Shown here in pieces: positions 26,793-35,958 of a stretch of DNA of 64,000 nucleotides; the stretch's first letter is position 1; each line of letters begins with the position of its first letter. Position numbers and translations under genes: made by a program. Below the pieces are notes generated by a model. It saw only the letters and a program-made list of their open reading frames with translations. It ran no database searches and had not been told where the DNA came from. This stretch comes from a virus (lineage: Duplodnaviria > Caudoviricetes): IMG/VR virus record IMGVR_UViG_3300025840_004398; one strand, given 5' to 3'.

Positions 26793-27847
26793 TGAATCGG
26801 TTAAATGAATACATATGTGCAGTTCCATTTGATTCCCTTGAAGTACATGACAAGAGGAACTTTCTTTGTTGTGCGTCTTGGTTAACAAAACATTTACCTG
26901 AAGGTGCATCTGTCTATGATTCTTTTAACTCACAAGAAGCTAAAGATGTAAGAGACTCTATGATAGATGGTTCATATAGGTATTGTGATGAAAATCAATG
27001 TCCTTACTTAAAAATGTTTAAGAATGGTACTGCCGCTCCAATCTATCATAAAGATAAGTTATCTGAAGATTTAAAAGAACGAGTTGAGAGACATAAAAAA
27101 GGACTTGAAATAAAACCAACAGTAGTTCAATTTTCTATGGATAGAACTTGTAATTTAAAGTGTCCATCTTGTAGACTTGATTTAATAGTTGCGGACAGTC
27201 ATAAAATAAAACAAGTAAAAGCTCATATACAAGAGATAGAAGATACATACGCTGACAGTATTAAAACACTATATATAACAGGAACGGGAGACCCATTTGT
27301 ATCGGTTGGATTCAGAGATTTTCTTAGAAATTTCGATAAATCTAAATACCCCAACTTAGATACCATACATCTTCACACAAATGCCACTAAATGGAATAAA
27401 GAAATGTGGGAGAGTATGCCAAATGTACATGAGTTTGTACATTCAGCTGAAATATCAATAGATGCTGCAACAAAATACACATATGAGAACGAAACAAGAA
27501 TCGGTGGTGATTGGGATGAACTAATTGAAAATTTACATTTTATATCTAAACTACCAAATCTAAAAAGAGTAAAAACTTCATTTGTTGTACAAGACACTAA
27601 TTACAAAGAAATGAAATTGTTTTATGATACAATGACTTCTATATTTGAAAAAAAAACAAAAGTATTTTTTGGTAGAATAAATAATTGGGATACCTTTACT
27701 GAAGATGAATTTGAACAAAAAAAAGTATGGGACTCAAACCATCCTTATTACAATGATTTTGTAAAAGAAGTAAACTCAGTACTTCCTGCGTATAATTGTT
27801 TTCATAATCTTGAAGAATTTTTATATAAAAAATCTAATTTAATTTAA
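26792..27847 (+). CDS. radical SAM protein with N-terminal SPASM/twitch-like domain
   Basis: CAVPF...LCCASW...CDENQCP then DRTCNLKCPSC, TGTGDPF; ends KKSNLI. Confidence 0.9.
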   Translation: MNRLNEYICAVPFDSLEVHDKRNFLCCASWLTKHLPEGASVYDSFNSQEAKDVRDSMIDGSYRYCDENQCPYLKMFKNGTAAPIYHKDKLSEDLKERVERHKKGLEIKPTVVQFSMDRTCNLKCPSCRLDLIVADSHKIKQVKAHIQEIEDTYADSIKTLYITGTGDPFVSVGFRDFLRNFDKSKYPNLDTIHLHTNATKWNKEMWESMPNVHEFVHSAEISIDAATKYTYENETRIGGDWDELIENLHFISKLPNLKRVKTSFVVQDTNYKEMKLFYDTMTSIFEKKTKVFFGRINNWDTFTEDEFEQKKVWDSNHPYYNDFVKEVNSVLPAYNCFHNLEEFLYKKSNLI

Positions 27848-27868
27848 CTAAAAATAATTTACTTTTTA

Positions 27869-27914
27869 TTTGGAAATCTCGATTTTTTTTCGTATATTTA
27901 CTATGTAAATGATT
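27869..27914 (+). promoter_or_regulatory. sigma-A type promoter, extended variant
   Basis: TTTG 27869, 20-nt spacer, TATATTTA 27893; 30-nt identity with 13351-13380. Confidence 0.8.
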
Positions 27915-27922
27915 GATAAGAT

Positions 27923-28129
27923 ATGAAAAAGTTATTACAAAAGATAGAATCCAAAATACTCACTAAGTTATTTACAAGATGGGTAAACAATGAATTCGAT
28001 ACTGAACTATTAGAATTAACTAAGATGACTATTCAAAATAGAGAGATACTTGTAAAAAGTATGATTGATAGGGCTAACTACAAACCAATATTGGGATTTC
28101 ACTCTCATTTAAAAAAAAACATAAAATAA
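27923..28129 (+). CDS. hypothetical protein
   Basis: ORF track; lies between two promoters. Confidence 0.75.
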   Translation: MKKLLQKIESKILTKLFTRWVNNEFDTELLELTKMTIQNREILVKSMIDRANYKPILGFHSHLKKNIK

Positions 28130-28170
28130 TTTGGTAAATACAAATAATCTTCGTATATTTACAATGTAAA
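28130..28170 (+). promoter_or_regulatory. sigma-A type promoter, extended variant
   Basis: TTTG 28130, 20-nt spacer, TATATTTA 28154, then CAATGTAAAT. Confidence 0.8.
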
Positions 28171-28178
28171 TAAGTGAT

Positions 28179-28661
28179 ATGACACAAAAGAAAATAGTTT
28201 ACATTGACATGGATGGTGTCCTTGTTGATTTTGGTGCTGCAATTCAAGATTGGTTCGACAAACATCCACATTTAGTAGAGAGATACAAAGAGTTTCCTGA
28301 CCATATACAAGGTCTATTCAGAAACCCACCACCAATCGATGGTGCAATCGAAGCAGTAAAGAAACTACATGAAAGTGGTAAGTATGAATTGTTCATCGCA
28401 ACTTCGGCACCTTGGGGTAATGCTGGTTCTGCAATGGATAAGAGATTGTGGATTGAGGACCATTTTGGTAATTTGTTCCACAAAAAAATGTTTATCACTC
28501 ATAGAAAAGATTTACTTCTTGGTGATTATCTAATTGATGATAGAACCAAGAATGGGGCTGGTGAGTTTAGCGGAGAACTTCTTCAGTTTGGTATAAATTG
28601 GGAAGATGGAAAAGAGGGCCAGTTCCCCAACTGGCAATCAATCTTAGATTACCTTTTATGA
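28179..28661 (+). CDS. 5'(3')-deoxyribonucleotidase (NT5C, HAD)
   Basis: YIDMDGVLVDF, IATS, KRLWIEDHF, LIDDR. Confidence 0.9.
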   Translation: MTQKKIVYIDMDGVLVDFGAAIQDWFDKHPHLVERYKEFPDHIQGLFRNPPPIDGAIEAVKKLHESGKYELFIATSAPWGNAGSAMDKRLWIEDHFGNLFHKKMFITHRKDLLLGDYLIDDRTKNGAGEFSGELLQFGINWEDGKEGQFPNWQSILDYLL

Positions 28662-29101
28662 AAAACGATAAGTTAGGATTTTTAGATTACCTTATTTTAG
28701 TTTTATTGTTAGGTGTATTGATTCTTTCAACATCATGTACGCAAGAAGGTGTTATACCATTTGAACCTACTTTAGAATTAGATGCAAGATTACCACATGA
28801 TACTAATGGATATTATCATCTAAAACTAAATCCAAACACAAACCAAACCATACATAGAATTGATGGTAGGGTTACCAATATATTAGAACCAACAAAAGTC
28901 AGTTTTAGTTCAAATTTATCTTGGTTATTTATGGGAGAATCCGTACCAACATCTAATTTTAGTTCTTGGGCAACTCCAGATGACCCAAGTATATCAAATG
29001 TAATCGCACCCATTTATGGCATGAGAACTGATACATTAACTCTTGTTTGTAGAGTTAATGAATGGGATATCATACAAAAACTAAATATTGTATTAGAATG
29101 A
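28658..29101 (+). CDS. hypothetical lipoprotein
   Basis: hydrophobic stretch then STSC; start reassigned to 28658. Confidence 0.75.
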   Translation: MKNDKLGFLDYLILVLLLGVLILSTSCTQEGVIPFEPTLELDARLPHDTNGYYHLKLNPNTNQTIHRIDGRVTNILEPTKVSFSSNLSWLFMGESVPTSNFSSWATPDDPSISNVIAPIYGMRTDTLTLVCRVNEWDIIQKLNIVLE

Positions 29102-29418
29102 TTGAATACCCCTCGACACCAATAACAGAAGAAACCTTTGAAAGACAAGGATGGGAGATGATAGTAGAAAAAGAAGAAATAGATGGAGAGGTTGATGAGT
29201 ATTACTACTGGGTCTTACCTCTACCAAAAGATAATCCTGACCCTAACTGTTTTAAACTTATTTCATCTAATAATGATGATTATAAGGAAATCGAATTATT
29301 GAAAGAGGGAGAATATATAGTAGAAATAAATGAATCATATGGACTTGGATTTTGTTATTCAGAAGAAGAATTAGAAATTCTTTATAGAGCTTTAACAAAA
29401 TCAGAAATAGAAGATTGA
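29098..29418 (+). CDS. acidic hypothetical protein
   Basis: start reassigned to ATGA-coupled 29098. Confidence 0.8.
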   Translation: MIEYPSTPITEETFERQGWEMIVEKEEIDGEVDEYYYWVLPLPKDNPDPNCFKLISSNNDDYKEIELLKEGEYIVEINESYGLGFCYSEEELEILYRALTKSEIED

Positions 29419-29479
29419 CATATTGTCATGTTATATGTTTACAAAACTGACAAAATGTCATCTTATATGTTGACAAATA
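29416..29479. promoter_or_regulatory. tandem TGACA-N3-TGTCA palindromes upstream of hsp20
   Basis: TGACAtatTGTCA 29416-29428 and TGACAaaaTGTCA 29448-29460 inside an imperfect 32-bp direct repeat. Confidence 0.7.
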
Positions 29480-29536
29480 CGATTGGTATGAATTTGGTAA
29501 TATATAAATCGAAGTTTAATTTAAAAAAGGAAAATT

Positions 29537-29917
29537 ATGTACATTGCAACATTCGACAGATTATTTGACTCAGTATGGAATGACCCATTCATTTCAGAAG
29601 CGGTAACAAAACAAAGAAAAACTTATGGAAACTTCGATGTAGAAGTTTTAGAAAATGGGAAGCAACAAGTTACAATTAACACTATTGGACATAACCCAAA
29701 GGATATTACAGTAGATGTAACTGAAGAAGAAATTACAGTTAAAGCAAAGAAGGGAGAGGATAAATCTCGTTTCGTAAAGGATATCGATTTAACTTTTACA
29801 GTTGGTTCTGATTATGATGGAACTAAATCTGAGGCTAAATTCGAAAATGGATTACTCACTCTCCTAATTGATAAGAAGGTAAATAAAAAGGCAAAGACCC
29901 TAAAAATTTCTTATTAA
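29537..29917 (+). CDS. hsp20: small heat-shock protein (Hsp20/alpha-crystallin)
   Basis: GHNPKDITVDV, AKFENGLLTL, C-terminal LKI motif. Confidence 0.88.
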   Translation: MYIATFDRLFDSVWNDPFISEAVTKQRKTYGNFDVEVLENGKQQVTINTIGHNPKDITVDVTEEEITVKAKKGEDKSRFVKDIDLTFTVGSDYDGTKSEAKFENGLLTLLIDKKVNKKAKTLKISY

Positions 29918-29940
29918 TCATATCCGAGTAAATTGATGGA

Positions 29941-29966
29941 AGGGGGTGGTAACACTCCCTTTTTTT
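29941..29966 (+). terminator. intrinsic terminator
   Basis: AGGGGGTG-GTAA-CACTCCCT plus T-run. Confidence 0.85.
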
Positions 29967-29975
29967 ATATCATAA

Positions 29976-29983
29976 TATTTATA
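29976..29983 (+). promoter_or_regulatory. candidate late-promoter motif TATTTATA
   Basis: directly after the terminator, before ATG 30008. Confidence 0.5.
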
Positions 29984-30007
29984 AGTAAACAATAAAATAT
30001 ATCATAT

Positions 30008-30187
30008 ATGAAAGATATCTATATAGATAGAGTTGCAAATAACATCGATTCTTGTGTTACCAAAGTAAATGTGGTAAAAGGAATGATTACAGGAGAAAGA
30101 CCTGCTGACCCAAAACAGGCAGAATCTTATCTACAACAAATCGTTAAAGTCCTTGAAGATATCAAGGAGGTTGTGGAACGAGGATGA
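30008..30187 (+). CDS. small hypothetical protein (59 aa)
   Basis: read by hand: MKDIYIDRVANNIDSCVTKV...GERPADPKQAE... Confidence 0.8.
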   Translation: MKDIYIDRVANNIDSCVTKVNVVKGMITGERPADPKQAESYLQQIVKVLEDIKEVVERG

Positions 30188-30190
30188 TAA

Positions 30191-31495
30191 ATGAAATTCA
30201 GAACTCTTTTATTAGGACTATCAGCATTATTTGTAGCGTTTAATGCAGCATTCTTTTCGGTAAGTGGTTTATCGAAACTATTTGCTGGTGCTTCACTTTC
30301 AGTAATTCTAATGGCAAGTTCACTTGAAGCAGCAAAACTAATTACTGCTGGTTATCTATACAACTATTGGGAAAAGATTAATAAAGCTTTTAGAATTTAT
30401 TTATCTATTGGAGTTTTAATTTTAGTACTAATAACTTCATTGGGTATCTATGGATTCTTAACTGCTGCATTCCAAGATACCTTTAATACTTTTTCGGTAA
30501 CTGAAAAACAAAAAGCATTTTTAGAACAAAAAGAAGAATTCTGGCAATCAGATGTAACAAGATATGATGAAGAACTTAAAAGAATTTCTAATAATATTAG
30601 TACTCTCAGTAATGCAAAAACTTCCTCAATCCAAGTACGGGACACATCGGTTGTGGGCGGTGTTAGACAAACCATCTCCACTACTGAACTTAGGTTATCT
30701 CAACAACGTATTGCAGTGGAAGAGGAAAATCGTAAAGAAGTTCAAGCGAAAAGAGAAGTAGCAGCAGATTCTCTACAATCTATCCAACTTAGGATATTAG
30801 ATTTAGAAACTGATACAGATGTATCTGCAGAACTTGGACCTCTTCAATATCTTAGTGGATTATTAGATAAACCAATGGACCAGATTATCAACTGGTTTAT
30901 TCTAATCATCATCTTTGTATTTGACCCACTTGCAGTTGCACTTGTAATTGCATTTAACAATGCGGTTAAAGTTGATAAAGGTGAGAAAGATAAAAAGAAA
31001 ATAGTTCAGAAACGAGAACTCTATGGTGAATCTGATATAGATAATCGTAAAGAATCCGATTTGTGGTCTAATACTTTACAAGATGGATTGGAAGATGAAG
31101 AGTGGGATGAATCACATGGGTTAGACCAAGTACTAAATGATATGGTGGAAGATATCGAAGTAGAATCAGAAGTAGTTGAATCTGATGAATCTTATTTAGA
31201 TTTGGATGGGGATGGGATTATATCAGATGAAGAAAGATTGGCAGATACCGATGGAGATGGTAAAATATCAGAAGAAGAATACAATGAATGGTATGAAAAT
31301 AACGGTGGTTGGAAAGAACCATATAAAGGAAGAGATTATTGGTTTCATCCAAAATTTGATTGGTCAAAAAGAGAACGATGGATAAATAACCAAGGTGCTA
31401 TTAAATATTGGGTAAATAATAGAGGTGGTAGTTATACAAAAGTACAAGAATACAAAAATGAATACCCAACAGATTTCTCATCAAAAACTTATTAA
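30191..31495 (+). CDS. membrane protein with coiled coil and two EF-hand-like loops
   Basis: 3 N-terminal TM, coiled coil, TM (FVFDPLAV), then DLDGDGIISDEE and DTDGDGKISEEE. Confidence 0.8.
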   Translation: MKFRTLLLGLSALFVAFNAAFFSVSGLSKLFAGASLSVILMASSLEAAKLITAGYLYNYWEKINKAFRIYLSIGVLILVLITSLGIYGFLTAAFQDTFNTFSVTEKQKAFLEQKEEFWQSDVTRYDEELKRISNNISTLSNAKTSSIQVRDTSVVGGVRQTISTTELRLSQQRIAVEEENRKEVQAKREVAADSLQSIQLRILDLETDTDVSAELGPLQYLSGLLDKPMDQIINWFILIIIFVFDPLAVALVIAFNNAVKVDKGEKDKKKIVQKRELYGESDIDNRKESDLWSNTLQDGLEDEEWDESHGLDQVLNDMVEDIEVESEVVESDESYLDLDGDGIISDEERLADTDGDGKISEEEYNEWYENNGGWKEPYKGRDYWFHPKFDWSKRERWINNQGAIKYWVNNRGGSYTKVQEYKNEYPTDFSSKTY

Positions 31496-31496
31496 T

Positions 31497-31841
31497 ATGA
31501 ATAACGCAGTAACACTTACAGAATCAGCAGAAAAAAAGTTATTAGAAACTTTTCAAGAAGAAGGAAAATCAACAGATACACATCATCTTAGAGTTGGTGT
31601 GGCAAGTGGTGGTTGTAGTGGATTGCAATACTACATGGAAATCCACAAAAAAGAAGATAGAGATGAAACTGATGAAGTTACAACCTATAATGAAATTGAA
31701 GTAGTTGTAGATAGACAATCATTCTTTTACCTACTTGGTTCTCAATTAAACTTTTCATCAGGTCTTAATGGAAAGGGATTTGAATGGTCTAATCCAAATG
31801 CACAAAGAACTTGTGGATGTGGTGAAAGTTTTGCTTTATAA
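31497..31841 (+). CDS. iscA: IscA/HesB Fe-S cluster assembly protein
   Basis: LRVGV.SGGCSGLQY, NPNAQRTCGCGESF; start reassigned to 31497. Confidence 0.95.
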   Translation: MNNAVTLTESAEKKLLETFQEEGKSTDTHHLRVGVASGGCSGLQYYMEIHKKEDRDETDEVTTYNEIEVVVDRQSFFYLLGSQLNFSSGLNGKGFEWSNPNAQRTCGCGESFAL

Positions 31842-31842
31842 A

Positions 31843-31876
31843 TTTGGATATTTAAAATATTTTTCGTATATTTGTA
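31843..31876 (+). promoter_or_regulatory. Bacteroidetes sigma-A type promoter
   Basis: TTTG 31843, 20-nt spacer, TATATTTG 31867-31874. Confidence 0.8.
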
Positions 31877-31904
31877 TAGAAATAAAACATAAAACTATAC
31901 TATT

Positions 31905-32804
31905 ATGAATTTAGGCTACGCATGTATTAATATGACTCTTGGTAATCAAAAACCAAAAGTTACCACAAATCGTTCAATGATTAAACGTACCTTTTTAGAA
32001 AAAGGTGTTGAATATGCTGGTGAATTAGGATTACAAAACTCACGAGATTTATTTAAAATATTAGAGTGGAATAACCACAACAACATCAAAGTATTTCGTT
32101 TATCATCAGATATGTTCCCTTGGGCATCTGAATATGGTATCGAGAACTCACCATACTACAAACGAATAGAAACTGTATTACAAGCATGTGGTCACTATGC
32201 AAAAACACATGGTATTCGTATCACTTGTCATCCTGGTCCTTTCAACGTATTAGTATCACCCAACGAACGAGTGGTACAAAACACAATTACTGATTTAGAA
32301 ATTCATGGTAAGATATTTGATATGTTAGGCCTTTCTCGTACACCTTACAACAAAATCAACATTCATTGTAATGGTGTGTATGGTGATAAGATTTCTGCTA
32401 TGGATAGGTTCTGTAAGAACTTTGAGAGATTATCAGAATCAGTTAAAACACGCCTAACAGTAGAAAACGATGATAAGGGTACAATGTACTCAGTAAAAGA
32501 TTTAATGTACATACACGAACGTATAGGGATTCCTATTGTGTTTGATTATCACCACCACAAATTCTGTACAGGTGATTTATCAGAACAAGAAGCATTAGAA
32601 CTTGCTTTATCTACTTGGCCTGATGGTATCAAACCAATCGTACATTATTCAGAATCAAAAGCGTTACATGAAGAAAACGATAAACTTAAACCACAAGCAC
32701 ATTCAGATTATATCAACGAGTTACCTAACTTATATGGTAATGATGTGGATGTGATGGTAGAGGCTAAGGCGAAGGAGTTATCAATCCTTCCTTTTATTAA
32801 TTAA
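31905..32804 (+). CDS. uvsE: UV damage endonuclease
   Basis: LGYACIN, FRLSSDMFP, HPGPF, LEIHG, NIH..GVYGDK, LTVENDD, FDYHHH, HYSES, AHSD, EAKAKE. Confidence 0.95.
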   Translation: MNLGYACINMTLGNQKPKVTTNRSMIKRTFLEKGVEYAGELGLQNSRDLFKILEWNNHNNIKVFRLSSDMFPWASEYGIENSPYYKRIETVLQACGHYAKTHGIRITCHPGPFNVLVSPNERVVQNTITDLEIHGKIFDMLGLSRTPYNKINIHCNGVYGDKISAMDRFCKNFERLSESVKTRLTVENDDKGTMYSVKDLMYIHERIGIPIVFDYHHHKFCTGDLSEQEALELALSTWPDGIKPIVHYSESKALHEENDKLKPQAHSDYINELPNLYGNDVDVMVEAKAKELSILPFIN

Positions 32805-32816
32805 AAATAGGAGATT

Positions 32817-32972
32817 ATGATGAACAGAGTTTTAAGAATGTTTAAATCGAGTATTGCTCGTAGAAAACGTAGAGAATTAAAAGAACTTAAAGAAGAGTTA
32901 CAAGAAAGAAAATATAAAAAAGCACGCAACCTTCGTAAAAAACATCAAAAGATAAAGGGTAAAAAAGAATGA
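32817..32972 (+). CDS. small highly basic protein (51 aa)
   Basis: read by hand: MMNRVLRMFKSSIARRKRRELKELK...; AGGAG upstream. Confidence 0.7.
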   Translation: MMNRVLRMFKSSIARRKRRELKELKEELQERKYKKARNLRKKHQKIKGKKE

Positions 32973-33109
32973 CAGAAGATGATAAAAAATACAGACAAGG
33001 TAGAAGTAAAAGACAAGTAGAAGAAAATGAACGTATAATGTTCATATCTTCTATTTGTTTAGGAACTACCTTATTGGGAATTATAATTTTTGGTTTACTT
33101 AATGGGTAA
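32969..33109 (+). CDS. small single-TM protein (46 aa)
   Basis: read by hand: MTEDDKKYRQGRSKRQVEENERIMFISSICLG...; ATGA overlap. Confidence 0.7.
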   Translation: MTEDDKKYRQGRSKRQVEENERIMFISSICLGTTLLGIIIFGLLNG

Positions 33110-33317
33110 TTTAAATGCAAGTGTACCTGTCGTAGTAGTACATAAAGGCCCTAGAAAAAACTCTAAAGTTCAATTAGAGATATTTAATAACATTAGACCT
33201 GATGATATCATCGATGGTAATAAACGAAAACCATACATTCCACACGAGAACGAAATACTCGAACTTGGGTGGGGTGAAACTTTTATAGAAAAATATAAAA
33301 AGAAGTATAAACTTTGA
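33102..33317 (+). CDS. hypothetical protein
   Basis: start reassigned to 33102. Confidence 0.75.
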   Translation: MGNLNASVPVVVVHKGPRKNSKVQLEIFNNIRPDDIIDGNKRKPYIPHENEILELGWGETFIEKYKKKYKL

Positions 33318-34696
33318 AGTTACGAGAAAATCAAATAGAACCAGTTGCAATTGGTGTGGAGTTTTTTAGAACTCCTAAAATGAAACCTTCGATTATCGTT
33401 GCCCCAACGGCATTCGGTAAATCGATTGTTATCGCTGCCATTGCAAAGGAACTAGGTGAGAAACTTCTCGTACTCCAACCATCTAAAGAACTGTTAGAAC
33501 AGAACTATAATAAATTTGTTACACTTGGTGGTGAGGCATCAATATACTCAGCATCAATGGGTAGTAAAGAATTAGGTGATGTAACTTATGCAACGATTGG
33601 TTCAATAATCAACATTGCACATCAGTTCAAAGAGATGGGGGTCAGTAAAATCATCATAGATGAGTGTGATAGGTATCCGAGAGATAAATCGGGACAACTC
33701 CGTAGATTCGTAGACGGTATGAAAGCAACTCATGTACTTGGTTTAACTGCAACCCCCTTAAAATTGCAAACCAACATGGGAGATACAGGCCCATTTTCAA
33801 AGTTGGTAATGTTAACGAATCGTTCTAAACATGGAGTGTTCTTTAAATACATTCTTCATGTTTCTCAGATTCAAGACATTGTAAAGTTAGGTTATTGGAC
33901 ACCGTTAGAGTATCAATCTTATGATTTCGATACTGGTGCTTTAGTTTATAATTCTTCTGGTGCTGAATATACTTCTGATTCTATTGCTCGTTCTTATGAA
34001 AACCAAAACATTGGTAATAAGATTGTAAAGAAGATTGAAGAAGTATATGATAGAAAATCTATTTTAGTTGCAGTACCAACAATAGAACAAGCAACAGAAC
34101 TTGCAAAAAAGATTCCACAAGCAGCAGTAGTTCATGGTGGTACACCAAAGACAGAACGAGATAGAATAATCGAAGAATTTAGAAACCAACAGATACGAGT
34201 TATTGTACAAGTAAATGTGTTAACAGTTGGTTTCGATTACCCTGAATTAGATTGTTTGATTACAGGTAGACCAACCGCATCAATTTCTTGGTGGTATCAA
34301 TTCGTTGGTAGAGGGACTCGTATCCACCCAAATAAAAAAGATTGTTTAGTTGTTGATTTTGTGGGTTCAGTAGAAAAGTTTGGTAAGGTTGAAGAACTAT
34401 ACTATAAAGATACTGGTGGTGAAGAATGGGAATTATTTGGTGAGGGTAAAAAACAAATCACAGGTATCCCAATGCACGAAATCGGAGTACACTTGGAAGG
34501 AGGTATTAATCTTGCAGAAAAAACCAACGAAGATGGTGATATAGAAAAAGTTTATATGACCTTTGGTAAATATAAAGGTAAACCAGTTGCATCAATACCA
34601 CCTTATTACAGAAAGTGGTTAATTGATAATATTACTTGGGGTCCTTGGAACATAAAAGTAAAAGAAGAAATAGAAAGGTTGGCAAATATAAAATGA
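33314..34696 (+). CDS. superfamily 2 helicase (RadD/YejH- or UvsW-like) with C-terminal DUF3820-like domain
   Basis: APTAFGKS, IIDECD, LTATP, YQFVGRGTR; tail MTFGKYKGKPVASIPPYYRKWL; TTG start. Confidence 0.9.
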   Translation: MKLRENQIEPVAIGVEFFRTPKMKPSIIVAPTAFGKSIVIAAIAKELGEKLLVLQPSKELLEQNYNKFVTLGGEASIYSASMGSKELGDVTYATIGSIINIAHQFKEMGVSKIIIDECDRYPRDKSGQLRRFVDGMKATHVLGLTATPLKLQTNMGDTGPFSKLVMLTNRSKHGVFFKYILHVSQIQDIVKLGYWTPLEYQSYDFDTGALVYNSSGAEYTSDSIARSYENQNIGNKIVKKIEEVYDRKSILVAVPTIEQATELAKKIPQAAVVHGGTPKTERDRIIEEFRNQQIRVIVQVNVLTVGFDYPELDCLITGRPTASISWWYQFVGRGTRIHPNKKDCLVVDFVGSVEKFGKVEELYYKDTGGEEWELFGEGKKQITGIPMHEIGVHLEGGINLAEKTNEDGDIEKVYMTFGKYKGKPVASIPPYYRKWLIDNITWGPWNIKVKEEIERLANIK

Positions 34697-35958
34697 GTTT
34701 AGATAAATCAAAATTAAATAAAGATACTTTTTGTATGGCTCCTTGGATAGAGGCTCATTTTAGTGTACAAAAAAATATACTTCCTTGTTGTATATACAAT
34801 ATGGATTATTCTTTTGGTAATCTGAATAATTCGGATGATGTAGTTGAGATATACAACAGTGATATAGCTAAAGAAGTTAGAAAAAGTTTATTTAATGGAA
34901 TAAAACACGAGGCTTGTAAATCATGTTGGTTATCTGAAGAAATTTCAACAAATGATAGTTACAGAATAAACCACAATAAAATGTATAAAAGATTTATAAA
35001 TGAATCTTTAGAAAATACAAACGAAGATTTTTCTTTAAAAAAAGTAACACTTAGACGATTGGATATTAGATTTGATAATAAGTGTAATTTAAAATGTAGA
35101 ATATGTACTGCTGAATATTCTACTTCTTGGTATTCTGATAATAAAGAAATTCAGAAAAGAACTAAACATTTAGGACATATCGATTTGTCAGGAAATATTT
35201 ATAAACAAACTGTAAGTGAAAATGTTTATTCTTTTATATTATCACAACTTACAAATGTAGATGAAATATTTTTTGCAGGAGGAGAACCACTTATACAAGA
35301 TAAACACTACGAAATTTTAAATAAATTAATAGATTTAGGAATTTCTAAAAATGTAGCGATAACATATAATACCAATTTTACTAAATTAAAATATAGAGAT
35401 TATGATGTATTGGATATATGGAAAAACTTCAGAGTAGTTAATGTATGTGCTAGCTTAGATGACTCTCATGAAAGGGGAGAATTTCAACGTAAAAATATGG
35501 TTTGGGAAGATGTAATAAATAATGTAAAGTTATTAAAAGAAAAAGGAACACCAAATATATCCTTTTCAATAATACCCACACTATCATCTCTTAATGTTTA
35601 TAATTTACCAAATTTCCACAAAGAATGGATAGAATTGGGATATATAACTTATAATGATTTTTTTGTAAATATACTATGGGGACCTGATTGGTATGATGTG
35701 AAAAACTTACCAAATAAAAATAAAAAAGAGGTGATTAAAATATATCAAGATTATATAAATTATTTACAAGAAATAGAAAATTCAGAAGTTAGTGTAGAAG
35801 AATTTAAAAAATGTATATCGTATATTAAAAAAGAAGGACATACAGAAAAAATGGAAGCTTTTGAAAATTTCAACAAAACACTTGATGAATTAAGAAATGA
35901 AAATTTATTAAAAGTACTTCCTGAGTATAAAAACCTATATATAAAAAATGTCATTTAG
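34693..35958 (+). CDS. radical SAM protein with N-terminal SPASM/twitch-like domain
   Basis: CMAPW...PCC...CKSCW then LDIRFDNKCNLKCRIC, FAGGEP; start reassigned to 34693; ends KNVI. Confidence 0.9.
   Translation: MSLDKSKLNKDTFCMAPWIEAHFSVQKNILPCCIYNMDYSFGNLNNSDDVVEIYNSDIAKEVRKSLFNGIKHEACKSCWLSEEISTNDSYRINHNKMYKRFINESLENTNEDFSLKKVTLRRLDIRFDNKCNLKCRICTAEYSTSWYSDNKEIQKRTKHLGHIDLSGNIYKQTVSENVYSFILSQLTNVDEIFFAGGEPLIQDKHYEILNKLIDLGISKNVAITYNTNFTKLKYRDYDVLDIWKNFRVVNVCASLDDSHERGEFQRKNMVWEDVINNVKLLKEKGTPNISFSIIPTLSSLNVYNLPNFHKEWIELGYITYNDFFVNILWGPDWYDVKNLPNKNKKEVIKIYQDYINYLQEIENSEVSVEEFKKCISYIKKEGHTEKMEAFENFNKTLDELRNENLLKVLPEYKNLYIKNVI

Noticed and set aside
29416-29479. CRISPR mini-array or transposon ends
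   Set aside because: Only two imperfect adjacent 32-bp units with no spacers, no cas gene and no transposase nearby.
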